DNA of 64,000 bases. Source: Candidatus Geothermincolia bacterium (lineage in GTDB: Bacteria; Actinomycetota; Geothermincolia; Fen-727; Anoxymicrobiaceae). The position numbers were made by a program, and so were the translations under genes. Below the pieces are notes generated by a model. That model made no database searches. It had not been told where the DNA came from and was given only the letters and a program-made list of their open reading frames with translations. Position 1 is the stretch's first letter, and the number at the start of each line of letters is the position of its first letter. Where the stretch lies: NCBI GenBank assembly GCA_038326775.1, contig JBBQKJ010000007.1, forward strand, positions 16,826 to 80,825, given 5' to 3'. This document shows, piece by piece, positions 49,501-57,537 of this stretch.

Positions 49501-49961
49501 TGGCTGATGACCGAGTTGAGGGTGCGGCCCACCCCCGCGTCGGACAGGAGCTCCTGTATGTCAAGCAGGCGGCAGGAGCTGTTGTTCAGCCGGTACTCGC
49601 TGTCACCGCCCCTGACCACGTTGCGCGAGACCGTTATCTCCGCGTAATCGAGGGGGAAGATGTTGTTGGAGTTGTCCAGCGTCAGCACGACCTCAGCCAG
49701 GTTGACGGGCTTCAGGCTGGCGCTCCCGGCGAAGATGATGTCCTCCATGCGATTGCCGCGAAGCGATGTGGGGCTCTGCTCGCCCAGCACCCACATGACG
49801 GCGTCGGCGATGTTGCTCTTGCCCGACCCGTTCGGCCCGACGATTATGGTTACGCCCGGCTCGAACTCGAGCATGGTCTTGCGCGCGAACGACTTGAAAC
49901 CCTTGATTGTAAGCGACCTGAGATGCAACGCGCCCCCCTGGTGGCGGATACCGGTCAACAC
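46509..49961 (-). CDS. smc: Chromosome partition protein SMC
   Basis: 1150 aa. N-terminal Walker A GPNGSGKSN. Long coiled coils. Hinge. C-terminal signature LSGGE and Walker B. Confidence 0.95.
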   Translation of the reverse strand: MLTGIRHQGGALHLRSLTIKGFKSFARKTMLEFEPGVTIIVGPNGSGKSNIADAVMWVLGEQSPTSLRGNRMEDIIFAGSASLKPVNLAEVVLTLDNSNNIFPLDYAEITVSRNVVRGGDSEYRLNNSSCRLLDIQELLSDAGVGRTLNSVISQGQLDEVLSCRPEERRDYIEEAGGLLKYRRRREKAVRRLSRMEDELVRTNDVIREVRRQLRPLQRQAGRLEQYQSLTREMADARLRLDVAHLRAMQKEWQLHQDVQDARGRRLEELERELVGKAKAASELEDRQAGWRTREAGLRESLYRLVSLHERLKALLGLWDERSRRQEGVRPAPDPAELKLLEAANREMEGRKVELQADSDRLRSQEARLSERIRELNHQLNDSSRQGAALEARLEVLRSAEGEFGAVGPRMLADKKEEFEALQRQRIGLEGETAGLEESARARLEEVGVLEETLVLAEEKRAGTREALRGLEGEQAGLLATLDLLCRLETGSWSVLNTAASLKAGDPTGGGLGGTLAESMKIRPEYESAVMSFLGPWAFGLIARDGETIKQAIRHLKRHGLGQSLFFRHSAADALPGVGESAPVPGGCLRARDVVEAQEWFDNALDALLDGVFIAPDLDEAFRLAELHRHLVFLTPEGDVISGGALVKGGSPAVNRVHLELTLSRREKMEEALSDCNARSQELELGLKAVGKEAADTARELRDARGKLGEATAEAARRSGSLAWCLARIEEVRQEIANLADRQEGVPDPEMDPDGLEERLRDLRQREADIVELLRKTELARADASGAVASAGAGLASLERELEAGVAKAGRLRGALERAEDMLLELPAELRVQITERLAGFHSRLVEQVSRTRERVRVDIEEGALKAEEEARTLRAMREEVGKLQDGHEEVRDLVHGEDLSRAELKIRVEQLVERIVDGHKVPLDFALKQYPEEEPGPGLEEKVRNLAAELEHIGPVNPEAITEREALEQRFEFLKTQTDDIEKSKTQLRRVVRQVDQEIEVTFKETLDTINAHFQDIFRTLFPNGNAELRLTDPDDPLASGVEILAQPEGKKLRRISLLSGGETSLTALAFFFALFKVRPSPFYFLDEVEAALDDVNLHRFLDLVKQFKDESQLILITHQKRSMEIADILYGVTMQEDGVSRVVSQKVAS

Positions 49962-49970
49962 ACTTCGATA

Positions 49971-50963
49971 TTAATTCGATGGAGAGCCGCCCATGCCCTC
50001 CCAGGCCATAGCGGCGGCGCCTATCACCCCGGCGTCGCCCCCCAGGGCGGAAAGCGCGATGGATACGTCACTGACCAGCGCCGGCACTCCGCGTTCCGCC
50101 ACGACGCGCCTCACATCCTCCGGGCGGAGGTAAGGCGAGCGGGCCACACCGCCCCCGAGGACGACCATCTCGGGGTCCAGCAGGTGGACCAGGTTCACTA
50201 TTCCAAGGCCCAGGTGATAGGTGATGTTCTCGAAAGCCCCCTTCGCGGCGGCGTCACCCCTCTGTGCGGCCGCGGAAATCATCTCCCCGGTGATGCGCCC
50301 CGGCTCGGACACGCTCATCTCGTGCAGAAGGGAGCGTGAGTCACCTGCGGCGAGGCGGACCGCCTCGCGTTCGAGCGCCGTTCCCGAAGCAACGGCCTCC
50401 AGGCAGCCGCGCCGGCCGCAGCCGCACTCCGGGCCGGCCGGGTCCACGGTCATGTGGCCGATCTCGCCCGCTGTCCCCCGGTGGCCTCTATAGATGAGCC
50501 CGCCCGCGAAGATGCCGCCCCCGATACCGGTCCCCAGCGTCAGGTAAACAAAGTCGTCGACGCCTCCAGCCACCCCCGCGAAGCGCTCCCCCACCGCGGC
50601 GGCGTTAGCGTCATTGTCGAGGAAAGTGAGCAGCCCGGTGCGCTCGGCCACCAGCTGACGCAGCGGCACCATGGACCAGGCGATGTTGGGCGAGCTTACC
50701 AGCAAGCCCTCCCGGTGAAGGATGAACCCGGCCGCACCTATGCCGACCGCCTTAACCTCGAGGCCGTCCTCGCGAGAAGAAGCGACGCCGGCGGCGACTA
50801 GCTCCAGCAGGGACTCCACCATCCTGGTCCCGTCCTCCGACGGCGAGGGGGCCACGCCGCGACGCAGTATCCTCCCGAGGGGGTCCACCGACGCCAGCGC
50901 CATTTTTGTCGCCCCCAGGTCTATCCCCAGCACGCACTCGCCGTTCGTAGTAGCTTCCGTCAC
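49971..50963 (-). CDS. ROK family sugar kinase (glucokinase-like)
   Basis: GIDLGATK... is the ATPase N-terminus. The ROK zinc motif is CGCGRRGCLE. The GTG start at 50961-50963 is preceded by GGAGGAAGG. Confidence 0.8.
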   Translation of the reverse strand: MTEATTNGECVLGIDLGATKMALASVDPLGRILRRGVAPSPSEDGTRMVESLLELVAAGVASSREDGLEVKAVGIGAAGFILHREGLLVSSPNIAWSMVPLRQLVAERTGLLTFLDNDANAAAVGERFAGVAGGVDDFVYLTLGTGIGGGIFAGGLIYRGHRGTAGEIGHMTVDPAGPECGCGRRGCLEAVASGTALEREAVRLAAGDSRSLLHEMSVSEPGRITGEMISAAAQRGDAAAKGAFENITYHLGLGIVNLVHLLDPEMVVLGGGVARSPYLRPEDVRRVVAERGVPALVSDVSIALSALGGDAGVIGAAAMAWEGMGGSPSN

Positions 50964-51666
50964 TGCCCTTCCTCCAGCCGAGCTTCTTAAGCGCTATTCC
51001 GGCAACGCCCTGTTCGGCCTCTTTCTTGCTCGTTCCCGCCACCGGGCCGAAAGTCTTTGTGCCTACCACCACGCTCGCGTGGAAAGTCTTGAAGTGGTCG
51101 GGGCCCTCGGCCTTTATCCTGTAGCGTGGAACGGAGCCTACCCTCTTTGTCGACAGCTCCTGCAGCTCGCTCTTGAAGTCACCTGGCCCCCACTTCACTA
51201 TCTCGTGAATAAGCCTCTCGAGCGACGAGATTACAAAACCCCGCGCCACGTCGAAGCCGCCGTCCATGTACAGGGCGCCCACCACCGCCTCGAAGGTGTC
51301 GGCCATGATCGACTGCTTCTGCCCGCCGCCGCTCGCTTCCTCACCCTTTCCGAGCAGAACGTGGTGCTCGAACCCGAGACTCAGGGCCACGTCAGCCAGG
51401 GCCTTTCCCCTGACGAGCGGCGAGCGAAGCTTGGTCAGCTCGCCCTCGGGCAGGTCGGGGAAGTCCTCGTAGAGCAGGTGGGTCACCGCGAGTTCGACCA
51501 CCGAGTCGCCCAGGAACTCCAGTCTCTCGTTCGAGTCTATGTAAGGCAGGCCCTTCTCGTTGACATAGGACCTGTGACAGAGCGCCTGGAAAAGCAGCGA
51601 GGGGTCATTGAACTTGTATCCGAGCAGGTCTTCAACTTCTCCGAGAACCGGATCTGGTTCTGTCAC
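50752..51666 (-). CDS. rnc: Ribonuclease III (Rnc); annotated C-terminus is a long low-complexity tail overlapping the ROK gene
   Basis: Catalytic signature ERLEFLGDSV. dsRBD with ...KKEAEQGVAGIALKKLG. The conserved part ends near residue 235. The remaining 70 residues are Arg/Gly-rich and overlap ROK by 211 bp; this is a possible frameshift artefact or a genuine extension. Confidence 0.82.
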   Translation of the reverse strand: MTEPDPVLGEVEDLLGYKFNDPSLLFQALCHRSYVNEKGLPYIDSNERLEFLGDSVVELAVTHLLYEDFPDLPEGELTKLRSPLVRGKALADVALSLGFEHHVLLGKGEEASGGGQKQSIMADTFEAVVGALYMDGGFDVARGFVISSLERLIHEIVKWGPGDFKSELQELSTKRVGSVPRYRIKAEGPDHFKTFHASVVVGTKTFGPVAGTSKKEAEQGVAGIALKKLGWRKGSDGSYYERRVRAGDRPGGDKNGAGVGGPPREDTASRRGPLAVGGRDQDGGVPAGASRRRRRFFSRGRPRG

Positions 51667-51765
51667 CGGGTGTGCTCGCCTTTCGATTCGAATCCGGCCG
51701 GATAATGGCGCCTCCCTCGCGGACGCGGTGGCCGGCCCGCCCGCGCCCGGCGCCGGACCGCGGGC

Positions 51766-52839
51766 CTATTTGCGCGCGCCTTCGCCAATCTGCTCGAGCA
51801 TCAGGTCGAGGTCGACACCCTCCCTGATGAAACCCCTTATCTTCTCTATCTTAGCGGGGCTGTGGACTTTCTGGTGCCCGATGGCGGCCTCCACCATCTC
51901 AACGGCGGTGGCGGTGTCGTAATCGACCAGGATCACAGGCACTCCTATCTCCTCCGCCTGTCCCAGCACCAGAGGGCTCGGCTGGTGCCCGCCCGTCAGC
52001 ACGAGCGCCCTGGTGGGCGTCTCGAGCGCCGCGAGCTGTATGTCGGCTCGGTCGCCGCCTGTGATTACCACCTTGTTTGCCTGCTTGCGGAACAGCCGCA
52101 GCGCCTGCTCCTGGCCCATCGCCCCCACCATCATGGACTCGATGAGCTCCTCGCCCCTGTCTCTCGCGCAGATCATCCGCCCGTTCAGGCCGCGCGCCAG
52201 TTCATCTACGGTTATAGACCTGAGCACGTGGTCGGTCGGTATCGAGCCAAAGAGCCTGACCCCCTGGGACGTCATGAACCTCGCAAGAAGGCCGCGGGTG
52301 AACTCGAGCCGCCGCTCCGGCACCCAGTTGAGCACCACGCCAAGGAAGCCCTTGCCGAAGAAGTCCCTCCCGGAGAGCAACCTGTCCACCGTAAGCTCTT
52401 CGTTGAACGTGTCGAGAAGCAGCACTCCCGCGTCGAGCAGTTCGGCCACCTCGAACGACGACAGCCCCAGGAGCCGCCCGTGCACGAAGTTCTGTGCGCC
52501 CTCGATGAGCATGATGTCTTTCCCCTCGACGAGCCTCTCGTATGCCGCCTTGACCTTTGCCCGGGGGTTGCCAGGCTTCTTGCGCATGTAGCGAGTCATG
52601 TTGTCCCAGGTCAGGAAGTAAGGCGAAATGTCCTTGAGGTTATCCTCGAGGCCCAGGGCCTCGCTGAGGAAGTAGGCGTCCTCGTCCACCCTGTCGGCGC
52701 CGACTTTTATGGGGTAGGCACCCACGGGCTTCATGTAGCCGACCTTATAGCCACGGTCGCGCAGCTCGAGCGCAAGTCCCACCACGAGGCTGCTCTTTCC
52801 GGAGTACCTTTCGGACGAGATCACAAGTATGGCCGGCAA
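51766..52839 (-). CDS. CobQ/CobB/MinD-like P-loop + DRTGG domain protein (phosphotransacetylase N-terminal-like)
   Basis: N-terminal P-loop SSERYSGKSS. C-terminal DRTGG-type motif VVITGGDRADIQL. Adjacent to, and probably co-transcribed with, the ADP-forming acyl-CoA synthetase. Confidence 0.62.
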   Translation of the reverse strand: MPAILVISSERYSGKSSLVVGLALELRDRGYKVGYMKPVGAYPIKVGADRVDEDAYFLSEALGLEDNLKDISPYFLTWDNMTRYMRKKPGNPRAKVKAAYERLVEGKDIMLIEGAQNFVHGRLLGLSSFEVAELLDAGVLLLDTFNEELTVDRLLSGRDFFGKGFLGVVLNWVPERRLEFTRGLLARFMTSQGVRLFGSIPTDHVLRSITVDELARGLNGRMICARDRGEELIESMMVGAMGQEQALRLFRKQANKVVITGGDRADIQLAALETPTRALVLTGGHQPSPLVLGQAEEIGVPVILVDYDTATAVEMVEAAIGHQKVHSPAKIEKIRGFIREGVDLDLMLEQIGEGARK

Positions 52840-52840
52840 G

Positions 52841-54979
52841 CTATACTACACCCCCAAGTGTCATTCTGACATCCACGCAGGCGCAGCCACCGCCCGCATT
52901 GTAGACCATGAGTGGATTGATGTCCATTTCGCTCAAATCATGGTTATCCTGGGCCAAACGCGAGATCCTCAGCAGAACGTTCTCGACCGCGTCAATGTCC
53001 ACCGGTTCTTCGCCGCGAACACCTTCGAGCAGCTGGTAGGCCTTGAGTTCGCGAAGCATCCGGGCCGCGTCCCAGTCGCTGATCGGCGCCAGCCGGAACG
53101 CCACGTCCTTGAACGCCTCCACGTAGATACCTCCGAGACCGACCATGATGAGCGGACCAAACTGCGGGTCCCTGGCCATCCCCAGGATAAGCTCCTTGCC
53201 CTGCGGCACCATCTTCTGGACGCTGACTCCATCTATATGTGCCCCCGGCACCTGCCTGTGCGCCCGGTCCATCATGTCCTCACAGGCGTCCTCCAGCTCG
53301 TCCGGCCCCTTGATGTCCAGGACGACCCCGCCGACGTCCGTCTTGTGAAGGATCTGCGGCGAGACTATCTTGAGGACCACCGGGTATCCCATCTCGCCCG
53401 CAAGCGCGCGGGCCTCCTCCGCGTCGACGGCCACCCGCAGCGCCGCGTATGGGACGCCGTAAGCGTCGAGCACTTCGCGGCACTCCTCCGGGTCTAGCTG
53501 GGTCTCTCCCCTCTTCCTGACCCCGCTGAAGATATCCGCCACCCGGGTGAGGTCCACCTCTAAGTCGGGGGCCTTCGAGAAAACCCTCTTTGTCTGGAGG
53601 TGCCGCTCGTGCATCCTGCCAAGAACCAGCATCGCCTGGTCGGGGTACGGGATGTTCGGTATGCCGGCCTTCTGGAGCCTGCTTACCGGCGCGTCAACGG
53701 AGCCCGCCCCCATGAACGAGCACATGATGGTCTTGTCGCAGCTACGGGCAAGGCGGATTATCTCGTCGGCTGTCCGATAGATCTCGGTCATCGCCTGGGG
53801 GGTCAGTATTACCAGGACCGCGTCGACCTCGTGGTCATCCAGCAAGGTCTCAACCGCAATGGCGTATAACATGGAGTCGGCGTCGCCCAGCAGGTCCACG
53901 GGGTTGTGGAGGCTGCCGGCGGTCGGCATGTACTTTCGCAGGTTCTCGAGGCTCCGGCCTGTTATCTCGGCCAGGGTCATCCCGGCCTTCTCGCAGGCGT
54001 CAGAGGCGATAATGCCCGGCCCTCCGGCGTTCGTCACTATGGCCACCCGCCGGCCCCGCGGGACCTTCTGGGTCGCCAGGGAGCGTGAAAGCTGAACAAG
54101 CTCCTCGACCGAGCGCGCGCGCAGCGCCGGGGCCTGCCCGCAGACGGCCTCGTATGCGGCTTCGCTGCCGGCCAGGGCGCCGGTGTGCGACGAGGCGGCC
54201 TGGGCGCCCGCCTGCGTCGTGCCGGCCTTGAACAGCACCACCGGCTTCTTCCCGCTTGCGGCCCGCAGTGAATCGAAGAAGCGCTCGCCGTCGGAGACAC
54301 CTTCGACATACATCGATATGACCGTTGTCTCGTCGTCGCAGGCCAGCGCATCCAAAAAATCGCTTTCCACGAGGTCGGCGCTGTTGCCCAGGCTCACCAT
54401 CTTCGAGAAGCCTACGCTCTCGGAGCGCGCCCAGTCGATAAGAGAGGTGCAGATGGCCCCGGACTGGCTGATCACCCCGATCGAGCCTTTCGGCGGCATC
54501 TTGCGAGCGAAAGAGGCGTTCATGGGAAGAGATGTGTTCATGATGCCCAGGCAGTTCGGGCCGAGCAGCCTCATGCCGCCCCCGCTGGCTATCTCGACCA
54601 CCTCGCGCTCCATCTCCCTGCCCTTGATGCCCACCTCCCTGAAACCCGCCGATATCACCACCGCTGCCCTGGTGCCCTTCTCGACCAGTGCCGATATGGC
54701 GCCCGGCACCACGTGGGCGGGAACGACCACCAGGGCAAGGTCCGGGGTGCCGGTTATGGAGGCGATGTCCGGGAAGCACGGGATGTCCTGTACGATATCA
54801 GCATGCGGGTTCACCGGGAATATCCTGCCTTCATAGCCGGACTTGATGAGGTTCGCGAGGATCGAGTAGCCTACTTTATCCGGATGTGCTGACGCCCCAA
54901 TCACGGCGAGCGACCGGGGCTCAAAGAAACCACTCGTTATTACTGATTTGTCAACCGACCTCGAAGATCTGGCGGCCAT
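52841..54979 (-). CDS. Acetate/acyl--CoA ligase (ADP-forming), fused alpha-beta (CoA-binding + ATP-grasp)
   Basis: N-terminal CoA-binding SLAVIGAS...; succinyl-CoA-synthetase-like domains; C-terminal ATP-grasp. About 713 aa. The start (ATG at 54977-54979 or GTG at 54989-54991) overlaps the 3' end of rpmF. Confidence 0.78.
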   Translation of the reverse strand: MAARSSRSVDKSVITSGFFEPRSLAVIGASAHPDKVGYSILANLIKSGYEGRIFPVNPHADIVQDIPCFPDIASITGTPDLALVVVPAHVVPGAISALVEKGTRAAVVISAGFREVGIKGREMEREVVEIASGGGMRLLGPNCLGIMNTSLPMNASFARKMPPKGSIGVISQSGAICTSLIDWARSESVGFSKMVSLGNSADLVESDFLDALACDDETTVISMYVEGVSDGERFFDSLRAASGKKPVVLFKAGTTQAGAQAASSHTGALAGSEAAYEAVCGQAPALRARSVEELVQLSRSLATQKVPRGRRVAIVTNAGGPGIIASDACEKAGMTLAEITGRSLENLRKYMPTAGSLHNPVDLLGDADSMLYAIAVETLLDDHEVDAVLVILTPQAMTEIYRTADEIIRLARSCDKTIMCSFMGAGSVDAPVSRLQKAGIPNIPYPDQAMLVLGRMHERHLQTKRVFSKAPDLEVDLTRVADIFSGVRKRGETQLDPEECREVLDAYGVPYAALRVAVDAEEARALAGEMGYPVVLKIVSPQILHKTDVGGVVLDIKGPDELEDACEDMMDRAHRQVPGAHIDGVSVQKMVPQGKELILGMARDPQFGPLIMVGLGGIYVEAFKDVAFRLAPISDWDAARMLRELKAYQLLEGVRGEEPVDIDAVENVLLRISRLAQDNHDLSEMDINPLMVYNAGGGCACVDVRMTLGGVV

Positions 54980-55127
54980 TATAGTAGCCACACTCTCTGC
55001 AGACGCGGTGAGGGAGTTTCGGCTGGTGGCACTGCGGGCACTCGCTCACCGTAGGAACGGCAAGCTTGTCGTGCGACCTGCGCGAGTCTCTGTTCGATTT
55101 TGAAGTTCTCCGCTTGGGAACGGCCAT
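54951..55127 (-). CDS. rpmF: 50S ribosomal protein L32
   Basis: Not in the ORF track, which lists ORFs of 60 aa or more. The minus-strand translation reads [58 protein letters not shown], a canonical L32 with a zinc ribbon. yceD lies upstream. Confidence 0.85.
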   Translation of the reverse strand: MAVPKRRTSKSNRDSRRSHDKLAVPTVSECPQCHQPKLPHRVCRECGYYNGRQIFEVG

Positions 55128-55229
55128 ATCAGCCTCTTCTTTTCATGTCACATGCCTAACAAAGGTTAACGGACACCGTTTACCCCGTCAAGTGACCCGG
55201 ACCCTGATTCGCTGGACCCTGATGCTTCG

Positions 55230-55769
55230 TTACTGGCCGCGCGCCTCGAGGCGGTTCTTCAGCTCCTCGAGCGGTTTGAGCCTGGTGTCCACGCGCCTGG
55301 TGTCGCAGCCGCAAGGCTCAAGGTTGAGGTTGGCCCCGCAGAGAGCGCAAAGGCCTCGGCAATCATCGCCGCAAACGCGCCTGGCCGGGAACGCCAGGCA
55401 AACGGCATCCCTCAAAATGGACTCCAGGTCGAGCATGCCGTCGCTTACCATGTATTCGGTGGCGGGCTCGTTGTCTTCCTCGAGATCGGCCTCGCTCAAC
55501 CAGAGGGCGTGTTCGCGGACTTTCAGAGAGAGCGGGAACTCGAAGCCCTCCAGGCAGCGGTAGCAGAGGAGTGTGGTCACGCCAGTTATCAAGCCGTTCA
55601 CCTCGACACCGCCCGCTATGCGCCTGATGTCGAAGCTCCATGCGACCTCGTCGCCTGGAACGAATATCACGTCGTAGCCATCCTCAAGCACAAGCCGGGC
55701 ATAGCCTGTTTCCGTCCTGCGGTCACCGACGGACGGCAGGGCGGCCGCAACGTCTATCTTCAATCCCAT
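55230..55769 (-). CDS. yceD: YceD/DUF177 family protein (large-subunit rRNA accumulation protein)
   Basis: C-terminal CRGLCALCGANLNLEPCGC motif. Conserved position upstream of rpmF. The start is uncertain: MGLKIDV chosen, maximal ORF to 55889. Confidence 0.72.
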   Translation of the reverse strand: MGLKIDVAAALPSVGDRRTETGYARLVLEDGYDVIFVPGDEVAWSFDIRRIAGGVEVNGLITGVTTLLCYRCLEGFEFPLSLKVREHALWLSEADLEEDNEPATEYMVSDGMLDLESILRDAVCLAFPARRVCGDDCRGLCALCGANLNLEPCGCDTRRVDTRLKPLEELKNRLEARGQ

Positions 55770-55916
55770 CGCCCTGGATTCATCTCTCATCGTTAACACC
55801 CCAGGACAGGTTCTCTCTCGGGGAGTGCGTTCCTGCGTCAACATAACCCCGGGGACGACCGGGGCCACGCGGACGGCGGCTCGACTCAAGAAAACAGGTC
55901 AGACCCCTTGTAAAAG

Positions 55917-56432
55917 CTACTCTTCGGTCTCGCGGTCGTACTCGTCGTCCTCCTCGAGAGGAGCCTCGTCGTAGCCGCGCAACTTTTCGCGCCATGAGCT
56001 TATGCGGTTCAGGATCTCGTCGGTGGAATCCTTCACCTCGATGAGGGACGCCTCGAGCTCACCGAAGATACGGTCGGCAACATCCTCGGCGTCGTATACT
56101 ATCTTGCGCGCCTCGTCCTGGGCTTCGTCAATCATGTGGTCGCGCTCGAGTTCCGCCTGCTTTATTATCTCGGTCTGCTTGACCATGTCGTCAGCTTGCT
56201 TCTCCGCGCGTTCGAGGAGCTCCTCCTCCTTGCGCTGGGCCTCTGACATGATGCGGTCGCGGTCTTTGGATACGATCCGGGCCTGCTTGAGCTCGTTGGG
56301 CAGGGTGGCGCGGATGTCGTCGAGAAGGTCGTAGAAATCCGCCTCTTTCAACATGACCGATGAGGAAAGCGGCACCCGCTTGGAGTTCGCGATGAAGTCC
56401 TCAAGCTTGTCTAGACGAGCGAATATGTCCAT
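55917..56432 (-). CDS. Coiled-coil acidic protein (ATP synthase b/DivIVA-like helical protein), function unknown
   Basis: Entirely helical and charged (EEELLERAEKQADDMVKQTEIIKQAELERD...) with an acidic C-terminus. A similar small coiled-coil gene precedes yceD in Actinobacteria. Confidence 0.42.
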   Translation of the reverse strand: MDIFARLDKLEDFIANSKRVPLSSSVMLKEADFYDLLDDIRATLPNELKQARIVSKDRDRIMSEAQRKEEELLERAEKQADDMVKQTEIIKQAELERDHMIDEAQDEARKIVYDAEDVADRIFGELEASLIEVKDSTDEILNRISSWREKLRGYDEAPLEEDDEYDRETEE

Positions 56433-56438
56433 CTGTGG

Positions 56439-57527
56439 CTACTCCTTTCCGGATGCCCCGGCAGCTTTCCCCTTGCCAAACTTCTCCTCCAGCCGCCTTT
56501 CCACCGCCTTGGGGACCAGTCCCTTGATGTTGCCGCCGTAGGATACCACCTCTTTTATCCCGCTCGAACTGAGGTATGTGTACTCCGGGCTCGCCATCAC
56601 GAAGAACGTCTCGATGCTCTCGTCCATCTGCCGGTTGAACTGCGCCATCTGGAACTCGAACTCGAAGTCCGACATCGCCCGCAGTCCTTTGACGATACAG
56701 CAGCAGTTGTGCTGCTGCGCGACATCGATAAGCAGGCAATCGAAGGTGATCACCTCTATGTTGCCCTTGCCCGCCAGGCACTCCCTCAGCATGCCCAGCC
56801 TGTCTTCGATGCCGAACATAGGCGACTTTTCGGGGTTTACCGCCACGGCCACGATGAGCTTCTCGAAGTGCCGCGCGGTCCTGAGTATGACGTCAAGGTG
56901 GCCGTTCGTCACCGGGTCGAAAGTCCCCGGGCACAAAGCTATCTTCAAGCGGTTGACCTCCTGGTGCCGTCTGCTTCTTATACTCGAGCTGTAGATGGAG
57001 ACTATCGAATCGCCGTAATCGCGCCGCTCCTCAAGTGACCACGCCTCTTTCGGGGGCTCGTAACGGTCGTGCGTCGAGTGCCGATATACGAGGACGCCGC
57101 TTTCTTCAAGAAGCCCCCTCTCGCTGATAAGCCCAAACAACCCCTCCAGCAAGCGTTTATCAATTCTAAAGGGGGGATCGACAAAAATCAAACCGTAGGG
57201 GCCTCTCGCGGCGGAGAGGCCGCGGGGCAGTTTCAAAGCGCGAACGCTTCCTGTTTCTGAGAGGTGAGCACGCTCGAGGTTGGCCTTGATAGCGTCGGCG
57301 GTGGCGCGGTGCTGCTCGAAAAAATCTGCGTGCGACGCTCCGCGGCTCAGCGCCTCGATGCCAAGGTTGCCAACCCCGGCGAACAGGTCGAGCACGCGGG
57401 TTCCCTCAACACCGTCACCCAGCGCCGCGAAGAGCGACTCCTTGATCCGGTCAAGGACAGGCCTGACGCGGCGGTCCTTCGCTCCGTAGAGACGTGTGCC
57501 TTTTGCCGTGCCCGCGATAACTCTCAC
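56439..57527 (-). CDS. rsmD-coaD: In-frame fusion ORF: 16S rRNA (guanine966-N2)-methyltransferase RsmD (N-terminal) + phosphopantetheine adenylyltransferase CoaD (C-terminal)
   Basis: Residues 1-190 carry the RsmD motifs (VLDLFAGVGNLGIEALSRGA, DPPF). Residues about 200-362 form CoaD (KIALCPGTFDPVTNGHLDVI..., ...SSSGIKEV...). No stop separates them in this frame. An internal GGAGG sits 8 nt upstream of a TTG that gives MKIALCPGTFDP. Confidence 0.78.
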   Translation of the reverse strand: MRVIAGTAKGTRLYGAKDRRVRPVLDRIKESLFAALGDGVEGTRVLDLFAGVGNLGIEALSRGASHADFFEQHRATADAIKANLERAHLSETGSVRALKLPRGLSAARGPYGLIFVDPPFRIDKRLLEGLFGLISERGLLEESGVLVYRHSTHDRYEPPKEAWSLEERRDYGDSIVSIYSSSIRSRRHQEVNRLKIALCPGTFDPVTNGHLDVILRTARHFEKLIVAVAVNPEKSPMFGIEDRLGMLRECLAGKGNIEVITFDCLLIDVAQQHNCCCIVKGLRAMSDFEFEFQMAQFNRQMDESIETFFVMASPEYTYLSSSGIKEVVSYGGNIKGLVPKAVERRLEEKFGKGKAAGASGKE

Positions 57528-57537
57528 GTACCCCCCG

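Noticed and set aside
51676-51700. tRNA-like T-arm string tttcgattcgaatccgg in the rnc / DRTGG-protein intergenic region
   Set aside because: No matching acceptor or anticodon stems could be built around it. It is just a short palindrome (TCGAATCGA). No tRNA genes were found in the window.
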